Assembly (NCBI GenBank): GCA_003242895.1
Contig: QKMY01000012.1
Location: forward strand, 1 to 34,433
Length of the DNA: 34,433 nt
Direction: 5' to 3'
DNA from: Candidatus Margulisiibacteriota bacterium
GTDB taxonomy: Bacteria; Margulisbacteria; Riflemargulisbacteria; GWF2-39-127
Part shown: in pieces, positions 27,901 through 34,433 of the stretch
Layout of the letters: each line of letters opens with the position of its first letter
How positions within the stretch are numbered: the stretch's first letter is position 1
Made by a program: the position numbers and the translations under genes
Notes under the pieces: generated by a model
The model's database searches: none
Told to the model about the DNA's origin: nothing
What the model saw: the letters and a program-made list of their open reading frames with translations, nothing else

Positions 27901-30900
27901 TAGATAGACCGTCTTATTTCCACTGATTATATTTTTAAAGGTATAAAAAACCGGCTGATAATTTGCCCATCGATAATCATTAACTGCCGGTTTTTTTGAA
28001 ACGACCTCTGAGATCATCCAAGCCACAGAATCCTCGTCAGAGAGATAATCAACCAGAACAGTACTATCATTTATGAATTCGTCATCTTCCGTATCCTGAT
28101 CTCTTAAGGCAAATACCGAATTATTATGAGTCGTATCGATGTTAAAGGTTACAACTCCAGCACTTAGAGTACTTGAAATATTCCCGACAGAATCCTCCAC
28201 AACAATGTTAAAGGTAGCAATCCCGTCACCGGATATGTTATTTCCGGTAACTCTAAAACTTCCCTGCCAATTATACATATCTATTGGAATTAGGTTATTA
28301 ATTGCAATAACCGTGCCCAACGACGTAATCACGGAAACCTGAGGTGTAACAAAAACCTTTTCGGATACCGCAATATTAACGGATACAGGACCGGATGGGA
28401 CATCAGGATACGGGCTCATGGAAATAACTGCCATCGCTCCGGTATTATCCAGCATAATCGAACTGCTTACAGCTATCGGACAAAGATTTAAGGCATTATC
28501 ACGTGTCCATAGATATAATTTTTTGGTCCCGTCACCGGCACTGGTAATATTAAACGTAACAGGACAAACACCTCTTTGCGCCCACAGTGGATTATTCGGC
28601 GTCGGTTGGGATGTCTGATCTTCGCTAAGCAGCCAGTACTGTACATCCGGGTCTGAAACTATATCTATACTAACAAGTCTCTCATCGGTTATTTCTGTCC
28701 TTCCTACATTTCGATCTCGTATAATAAATAAAGACGGTGCAGGCGGAGCTATCGTATCAATATTAATAGTTGCTATACTTCCAGAGCCAAGTACAGTAGT
28801 AACAATCCCGGCATTGTCAGTCACTCTTGTATAAATTGATGCAATACCATTATGTAAATTACCTGCTATATTTACCTGCCCTGCCCAACTATTGCCATTC
28901 TTTCGGGTAAAAGTTGTGTGAACTTCATTTGTATTACCTGATGTCAAAATATATACGTCAGGCGTAATTTCCAATGATTCCGACACATTAACAGTTACGA
29001 ATAGATCTCCACTGCTTACATATGGATATTTAGACATTTCGATGATCGAAATTGATGCAGCGGTATTGTCAATTCTAAGAGCTACGACATTAATTGTGCT
29101 ATACGTATTACTTACCATGTCCTTAGCCATCACATTTATTACCGCTGAACCGTCAAAGGTGCTCTTTACAGGATAATTATAGATAAAAGAGTTTCCCGAT
29201 ACCTTAACAAACACGGCATCACTTGTCGCTATCCCCGGCTCTTTTACAGATACGCTCGTAGTAACAATACCGTTAATATCAGACGCATTGAATGAAATGG
29301 TAACAACAGAACCGACGTGAGCAACATATTTATCAGCAAAAACAGAACTGGCATCAACAGTCGGAACAGTATTATCAATAATAAATGATTTGACCTCCAT
29401 ATTGGAAGTATTCCCCAAATTATCCACTACAAATATTCCTAATGTTGCAGTTGCATCAACTAACGAAGCCGCTGTAACCTGCCATTGTGCTGTTTCTTGG
29501 TCCCAAATATCAGGAGAAATATTGTTACCCCTGCCTAAACATGTCAGGTCCGCATGAATTCCATTTATTGAAACACCACTGCCGTTTACGATATTCGCTG
29601 TAATCAAGACATAATCCCCGGACCTGACATACCCGTAAACGCCTGTATTCTGATTATAAATATTGATCTCGGCTACCATCGGCATATCATTATTCGCATA
29701 AAGGACATTATTCGCAGTCAAGACAGTCGTATTTCCTGCAATATCTGTAATATTGGCAGTAATATTTACTGTGCCGGATTCATCACCGGATATCTTATAA
29801 TTAAAATAATATATGTCGCCAACCTTATTAATATATGGCGCGATTATCTCATTATAACCAGGCTCCCGAACAAGTATCGAGGCTGTAGATATCATTACAT
29901 TGTCAGTACTTCCCAATGAAAAAGTTACTAACCCTCTATTCGTTTGTCTTTGAGGAGTGACAGAGAAAGTTGTCACCACAGGACAATCATTATCAATAAT
30001 GAGGGTCGTGTTATTGATAGTTGTCGAGATATTCCCTGCCTTATCTGTAACTGTTATGTTCATAGTGACAAGTCCGGACTGCGAATTACCAACTAAATAT
30101 GAATACCTGTAATAATTACCATCATAAATAGGGTTAAACTGGAAAGTGCTATGAATTGTCCGTGCTACGAATTCAGCAGCAGTCGGGATACCGGACTGAG
30201 GAACAATCCATAATGAGGTAGTTACAATTCTTGGCACACTATCCACAGTTCTATCAACCGCATTAAAAGTTATAAATAGTTGATCCCCTGCTTTTGCAAC
30301 AGCCTTTGATATTTCTATAGTATTAGGATTGAAATTGATCATCGGCAAAGTTCGATCAAGTAATATGGTTTTCTTGAATGTAACACTATTTAAATTCCCG
30401 GCCCGGTCCTTTATCCAAAGATAAATATTTTTTTCTCCATCACTGGCAGATATCGAAACCGTGCCCGGAACAGATCCTAATAACTCATTTGAATTCTCAC
30501 TTACAGGGGTTAATTGGTCTTCCTTAACTAACCAGGCAACAACATCAGCATCCGTACTGATATTTACACTGATAACAAGATCATTACACCATTGTTCGGA
30601 TTTACTGTCCTTATCGGTAAGTGTAAAATTACCGGAAGGAGCAGTCCTGTCTACCGTAATGTATTTATCAATAATTGAAGAAATATTGTTAGCCCGATCT
30701 TTTACCCACAGGCTAATCCTTCTAGTGGTGTCTCCCATATCCGAAAGATCAATCCCCGCTGGCTGCAAAGACTGCCATCCTACCGTATTGTATTGCGGAG
30801 CGGCTCCGGCGTTTTCTTTGAGGAACCAGGCTACGACATCAGAATCAAAGGTAGCTGCCAAGCTAATCTGTAACGAGTTGGTGAAGTCCATTGAATAACT

Positions 30901-33900
30901 TGTAGAGTCATATAGTGTATAAGCGGATATACTAGGAATAATTGTATCGATATTAAATGTTGATCTCCCGGCATCTACAGAATTATTTACATTTTCAGCA
31001 TTGTCAGTCGCACAGACTGAGAATACCGCGACCCCATTATTCATCTCAGGAACAATAACAAAGCTACCCTGCCATTGAGTACGGTCAGAATTCACAGTAT
31101 CGATATTTATGGTAATCCCGGTGCTGCCGGATGGAATCATCTGCAATGACGGTGTTGAGATAAGAGGTTCGTTTGTAGTTAAGAATACCGAAACCGGTCC
31201 GGCTTTCATATCACTCATATTAGGCACTGTGCTTATCGCAGTTTGAGGTTTGGAAGGATCATAATTAATCGTAACCGATGTTAAGTTAAAGTTAACATTT
31301 CCCAAATTATCTTTAACCCATATGTATATAGTATTGATCCCTTCACCACTACTAACCTGCATAGTACGTCCACTTACCAAATCATCGAAATCAATCCAGG
31401 ATGATGGCGGTGCTGCTTGAGCATCCATACGTTGAGTAGTAATCTGATCGATTAAATATTTTGACCCGGAAACAAGATTAGAAATTGATACCTTCACCCA
31501 TCCATCTTTTGTTTTAATATATTTATACAGAGGATCTTTTTGATTCAGACCTTGTATATTTACTACCGGATTAGGAGGCGCAGAGGTGTCTACCGTAAAC
31601 TTCTTATTATCTATGAAACGAGGATTCCCAGCAAGATCGGTAATTAGCAAATTCCAGGTAACCACACCATTAGTAACGTTCTGTGAAGTTAACAAGAAAG
31701 AACCTGTCCAGTTCAAGCCGCTTCCACTAAGAATTACAGGCAGATAAGTATTAGGAGATACGTTTAAGTTCAAAGATGGAACAGAATCAACAGCTTCACT
31801 AAGTGAGAGCACTATAGAATGATTTCCATAACTTACATTAGTATCCACTAAACTAAAAGTAGCAGACGGTGGAACAGTATCCAATATGATACTTGTCTTG
31901 GCAGGGCCATTATTAACATTGCCCATATTATTCTTAATCCACATCCACACATCATGCTGACCTTCTGCATTATTAATGGCAAACGTAGTAATAGGATTAG
32001 TATTAAAACGACTATCATCAACAAGCGGTTTTACTGCAGTCCCGCCAGCCGGGACCTCTTCAAAAAACCATACTGATACGTTAGCTGTTGACGAACTGAT
32101 ATTAATACTTACCACTGTAGAATTAGAGTAAGCCGTATTTCTAGAATCCAAATCTGACAAATTAAATACCGGGTCTGCAGGAATACTTGTTTGAATATTA
32201 AAAGTAGTAACTCCAAGATTATGTGTTGCCAAATTACCGGCAACATCAAGAAAAGCAACATTCCATTTCGCGGTACCATCACCGGTCTGGGTAGTTACAC
32301 TAAATGTTGCCGCCCATTGTCTATTAGAGCCGGTGAGATTAAGAGTAACTGGAGCATTTCCGGAAGGAGTGAAGCTCAATACAGGAGCTATTTGTAAGGT
32401 TTCCGACAAATCAATCGTTACTCTAACTTCTTTACCTGCCGGTACATCAGGACACAAACTCATCGATACCAAACCTATTGGTGGTGTATTATCCAGTTTA
32501 ATAGTCTTATAAATCGAACTTGGATTAATATTTCCTACATGGTCCATTACCCAGACATAAACGGTTTTATCATCGTTCATTGCCGACAAGTTAATTGTTA
32601 CAGGCTTAGTGCTATAACTGGCAAACTGAGATTTTTCAGGTTTTATTGCCCAGCCTTCTTCAACAATCCAGGCAACGATATCCGGATCATTAGTGATGTT
32701 AACTGAAATAATCCGTTGATTCGTATAAACTCCCGATCCACTATCAAAGTCGTATATATTCATAGAAGGATTGTTAATAGATGTATCAATATTAAAGGTA
32801 GTAAAACCTGAAGAAATCTGTGTTCCTATATTACCAGCATTATCCGTTGCCCTATAAGAAATATAAGCAATTCCTCCCGGCGTGCTATTATTAATATGAA
32901 AATCAGCAGTCCAATTCGGATAGTTCCCTTTAACCGCAGGGTAATAATTTATCAGGTCAGATGTTCTTATAACAATTTGAGGAGTAGTTGTTATTTCCGA
33001 CAAGGCCAACGTCACTGTTAATAAACCAGAAACAGCTTCGGAACTGACACTATTCGATGGTGCAATTGACACATGACCAGTCGGAAACACATTATCATAA
33101 TTAATTGTGGCTGTTATCTGTTGTTCATTTATATTACCAGCATCATCTTTTACCCATAAATAAACTGTTTTAATATCCGGGATATCAACAGGGAATGTAT
33201 AAGAAAGCGGTTTAGTATATACCCATCCGGAATCTTGAGACAAAGGCGCAGTGGTCCTGGTCTCTGATAACATCCAGGCAGCAATATCATTATTATCAGC
33301 CATTTGAACATTAACAGTACGAGAATTAGCATTTATTGTAGAGGCTGAATTCAAATCACTAAGTACGAGCTTAGGAGCTACCGGATGGATTGTATCAATA
33401 TTGAACGTTGAGGCACCAAGGAGGGAAGTTCCCACATTCATGGCGTTATCAGTGATCTTTATACTAAAAGCAGCAATTCCATCTACATTAAGGCAACTAA
33501 TGTTAAATGTAGCAAACCAGACAAAATTCTCTGCTTTCATAAGTTTTAATTCGGTTACATTATTAGTTATTGTATAAGTTAAATGGGGTGTAACAAGAAT
33601 ATCATAGTCTTCATTAATTATATTTACGGTAACTATAACGTCTCCTGTTGGCAGAGAAGGATACGGTCTCATAGAAATTGACGCCGCCGGCAGCTTATTG
33701 TCATAGGCGATACTTCTTGTAACAGCCATCTCACTTATATTTCCTAGCCCATTTTTAGTCCATAAATATATAGTTTTAATTTCGCTAGTATTATTTTTAA
33801 ATATATAATACACCGGTCGAATATTTTCCCACCCAGGATTACTGGCATTTGGTCGAGTAGCCTGTGTCTCAGAAAGTATCCAGGCAACCGAATCGGTATC

Positions 33901-34433
33901 ATTGGAATACTGAACCAATATTTTTTGATCATTTGTATAATCCATTGCAAATGTATCTTGATCATATAGATTAAATTCAACTAGCCCCATATTCTTGCTT
34001 ATTACAAAACTATTTGTATAAGGATTATTATTATAGATAATACTCTTAACGGTTGTTGATATATGGCCTAAATTATCCTCCACTGTCACTCCGTAGTAAG
34101 CAGGGCCATCAGATATCACCGTGGTTACATCAAAAACACCCAGATAGAGGTTCCCTATCCTGGCGGTTAAGGTAATTGGTACCTGCGCTTTGCCATAAGG
34201 CTTATACCAGACACTCGGAGTTGATGCTATACCGCTTTCAACATCCGTGATGTTCACAGTAATTATCACAGTGCCTGTAGGCACGGCAGATGGGTTCTTA
34301 TTCATTTCAATACTCACACTAGGTGCCAGGTTATCATAAATGATACTAGTATTGGCGCTACTGATATTCAATGCCCGGTCTATTGTCCAGACATACAGAT
34401 TATGCGTTCCCTGGACATCGGTTAAGGTATATG
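24997..34433 (-). CDS. Giant cell-surface repeat protein, more than 3,145 aa, with the N-terminus outside the window.
   Basis: Continuous minus-strand ORF. The frame stays open upstream of the track TTG start through the window edge (..TIDRALNISS.., continuing the repeat motif). The upstream portion carries at least 11 degenerate tandem modules with recurring motifs (TFNIDTxxP, DxVAWxLSE, KTVYLWxKDxAGNIN, YDNxxP). These are followed by a Gly-rich linker (GSGGSSGGDGTGDGDGGGGGGTG), three beta-sandwich-like repeats, two FN3-like domains (YYYSVKAINEQN, YYYKIRAINNADN) and, at the C-terminus, NYPNPFDSRQKLTTITYFL...IKIFDALGHVV...ITWDGTNDNGKKVGKGGYIMYI. The C-terminal domain matches the T9SS type-A sorting domain (TIGR04183/FlgD-Ig-like). 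Confidence 0.9.
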   Translation of the reverse strand, partial: YTLTDVQGTHNLYVWTIDRALNISSANTSIIYDNLAPSVSIEMNKNPSAVPTGTVIITVNITDVESGIASTPSVWYKPYGKAQVPITLTARIGNLYLGVFDVTTVISDGPAYYGVTVEDNLGHISTTVKSIIYNNNPYTNSFVISKNMGLVEFNLYDQDTFAMDYTNDQKILVQYSNDTDSVAWILSETQATRPNASNPGWENIRPVYYIFKNNTSEIKTIYLWTKNGLGNISEMAVTRSIAYDNKLPAASISMRPYPSLPTGDVIVTVNIINEDYDILVTPHLTYTITNNVTELKLMKAENFVWFATFNISCLNVDGIAAFSIKITDNAMNVGTSLLGASTFNIDTIHPVAPKLVLSDLNSASTINANSRTVNVQMADNNDIAAWMLSETRTTAPLSQDSGWVYTKPLSYTFPVDIPDIKTVYLWVKDDAGNINEQQITATINYDNVFPTGHVSIAPSNSVSSEAVSGLLTVTLALSEITTTPQIVIRTSDLINYYPAVKGNYPNWTADFHINNSTPGGIAYISYRATDNAGNIGTQISSGFTTFNIDTSINNPSMNIYDFDSGSGVYTNQRIISVNITNDPDIVAWIVEEGWAIKPEKSQFASYSTKPVTINLSAMNDDKTVYVWVMDHVGNINPSSIYKTIKLDNTPPIGLVSMSLCPDVPAGKEVRVTIDLSETLQIAPVLSFTPSGNAPVTLNLTGSNRQWAATFSVTTQTGDGTAKWNVAFLDVAGNLATHNLGVTTFNIQTSIPADPVFNLSDLDSRNTAYSNSTVVSINISSSTANVSVWFFEEVPAGGTAVKPLVDDSRFNTNPITTFAINNAEGQHDVWMWIKNNMGNVNNGPAKTSIILDTVPPSATFSLVDTNVSYGNHSIVLSLSEAVDSVPSLNLNVSPNTYLPVILSGSGLNWTGSFLLTSQNVTNGVVTWNLLITDLAGNPRFIDNKKFTVDTSAPPNPVVNIQGLNQKDPLYKYIKTKDGWVKVSISNLVSGSKYLIDQITTQRMDAQAAPPSSWIDFDDLVSGRTMQVSSGEGINTIYIWVKDNLGNVNFNLTSVTINYDPSKPQTAISTVPNMSDMKAGPVSVFLTTNEPLISTPSLQMIPSGSTGITINIDTVNSDRTQWQGSFVIVPEMNNGVAVFSVCATDNAENVNNSVDAGRSTFNIDTIIPSISAYTLYDSTSYSMDFTNSLQISLAATFDSDVVAWFLKENAGAAPQYNTVGWQSLQPAGIDLSDMGDTTRRISLWVKDRANNISSIIDKYITVDRTAPSGNFTLTDKDSKSEQWCNDLVISVNISTDADVVAWLVKEDQLTPVSENSNELLGSVPGTVSISASDGEKNIYLWIKDRAGNLNSVTFKKTILLDRTLPMINFNPNTIEISKAVAKAGDQLFITFNAVDRTVDSVPRIVTTSLWIVPQSGIPTAAEFVARTIHSTFQFNPIYDGNYYRYSYLVGNSQSGLVTMNITVTDKAGNISTTINNTTLIIDNDCPVVTTFSVTPQRQTNRGLVTFSLGSTDNVMISTASILVREPGYNEIIAPYINKVGDIYYFNYKISGDESGTVNITANITDIAGNTTVLTANNVLYANNDMPMVAEINIYNQNTGVYGYVRSGDYVLITANIVNGSGVSINGIHADLTCLGRGNNISPDIWDQETAQWQVTAASLVDATATLGIFVVDNLGNTSNMEVKSFIIDNTVPTVDASSVFADKYVAHVGSVVTISFNASDINGIVTTSVSVKEPGIATSDAVFVKVSGNSFIYNYPVKSTFDGSAVINVMAKDMVSNTYSTINVVALRIDNTAASISIIEMSKYPYVSSGDLFVTVNVSESLEITPDVYILTSGNTNEVHTTFTRKNGNSWAGQVNIAGNLHNGIASIYTRVTDNAGIVTTVLGSGSIATINIDTIAPPAPSLFIIRDRNVGRTEITDERLVSIDIVSDPDVQYWLLSEDQTSQPTPNNPLWAQRGVCPVTFNITSAGDGTKKLYLWTRDNALNLCPIAVSSSIMLDNTGAMAVISMSPYPDVPSGPVSVNIAVSEKVFVTPQVSVITSLGTVIAINNLIPIDMYNWQGSFRVTGNNISGDGIATFNIVVEDSVGNISSTLSAGVVTFNIDTTHNNSVFALRDQDTEDDEFINDSTVLVDYLSDEDSVAWMISEVVSKKPAVNDYRWANYQPVFYTFKNIISGNKTVYLWTKDKLGNINPGVVSWNVVFDNIPPKGSILYFKDDLTGDVPITLSVLNEDYALRITPNLMYGTSVNMMPVTLSRAGDFVWVGTFNIDLVVTKSYLEFAISITDNASNLNTDKKPIGSGGSSGGDGTGDGDGGGGGGTGVVPEEVQGKVLIVSGVIDTSPKIIYTGDTGPAIITLDARASSNILSWYGVQVVLTGNVLASNIEAVKVYRAGPNINSPLENAVLISSGTDIFVRTTANLLVASITFLSTEKVDVSGNKYVIAAYTKDRAVPNQSFRLLIPNGAYFSVNSGNIVESALFPVQTGFITIKEAPNKLLMQSCKYIIPCARQNNKDVLAGAVRLRSDKNLIVWRALSFKLDGSIKEKDIKNIKIYKDNGDSDAENSRFDVNSDELISSGEYIFVSGNTVYLELRTVQEISSEFLEGRVYFIALDFDRYASVNSTMQLVIPDPSSFIINSPNITVDFNFPYESETNTLNRYNSEIKVKAEELINSAVYPGTDMNLIAKLAISLDSESRTINSLALHISGTSNVYDKMTISIYRDVNRNDLYDVTSDVLVGHTDGYVSETAVTINFITPIAVDVVTRNYLILVSLGNEARIGNSFGCSLGINDFVIDYDSYIASANLPFQTHVWDIIDRRQPEKPKVSGNYFVADPSSLIREVKTFVPDGVISRILQAIGSAPGLDDVMPWSEVDTQVLSAHSVKSKSLKSSSISSTYNISGVNLQHKQKYYYSVKAINEQNSESFESEVSSVPFEVDLTPPKSASDKKIHVYSSVSEGSSNNAVVSHALDWNPYLDEESGIKCHEVWQSTGFEPKWINVAIVTGNKSILQLTDREKNSTYYYKIRAINNADNPSDFDLVSDPTNTSYPGELISKISNYPNPFDSRQKLTTITYFLSKDITVTIKIFDALGHVVSEKEYNAGSNGGQKGTNKITWDGTNDNGKKVGKGGYIMYINPVGIEATGYIALPWIIGVIH

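Noticed and set aside
25000-33980. About nine short plus- and minus-strand ORFs inside the giant gene (for example 25000..25311, 30461..30898, 33744..33980).
   Set aside because: They are off-frame within a single continuous 9.4-kb ORF and are AT-rich low-complexity translations.
1-34433. A search for CRISPR arrays, tRNA or rRNA genes and IS or transposase or integrase genes.
   Set aside because: No regularly spaced direct repeats with unique spacers were seen. No tRNA-like cloverleaf candidates were spotted by eye in intergenic regions, and no ORF shows DDE or tyrosine-recombinase motifs. A tRNAscan or Infernal run would be needed to exclude small RNAs formally.

Overview
This 34.4-kb window comes from a low-GC, apparently strictly anaerobic bacterium; the content is in six blocks. 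(1) Bases 158-3206, minus strand: a Cache/HAMP methyl-accepting chemotaxis protein directly downstream of a secreted tandem-rhodanese sulfurtransferase. (2) Bases 3207-8010: a 730-nt AT-rich intergenic region, then four genes (an HTH/DUF2087-like regulator, a polysaccharide pyruvyl transferase, a PF12831-type FAD oxidoreductase and a DUF2267 protein). These four genes are bracketed by two about 92%-identical 69-bp nested-palindrome repeats. (3) Bases 8090-11589: an SPFH/band-7 protein, a stand-alone CheY-like receiver, then pirin, a Fur-family (PerR-like) repressor and a reverse rubrerythrin; a perfect 6-1-6 palindrome sits in the perR-rbr divergent promoter. (4) Bases 11786-22404, plus strand: a DHFR-family protein followed by a roughly 10-kb co-directional redox cluster. 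The cluster runs small 4Fe-4S ferredoxin, tandem-GAF protein, a four-subunit group-3b-like (sulfhydrogenase-type, hydBGDA order) [NiFe] hydrogenase, single-polypeptide pyruvate:ferredoxin oxidoreductase and a DHOD-fold protein lacking the catalytic Cys/Ser. (5) Bases 22523-24888: an ABC-2 exporter pair, a STAS-like protein and an unannotated 50-aa membrane ORF. (6) Bases 24997 to the window edge, minus strand: a giant surface protein of more than 3,100 aa whose N-terminus lies outside the window. It has at least 11 degenerate tandem Ig-like modules, a Gly-rich hinge, FN3 domains and a T9SS-type C-terminal sorting domain. No rRNA, tRNA, CRISPR array or recognisable transposase/integrase was found. 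Coordinates derived by hand may be off by 1-2 nt; gene calls are anchored to the supplied ORF track.
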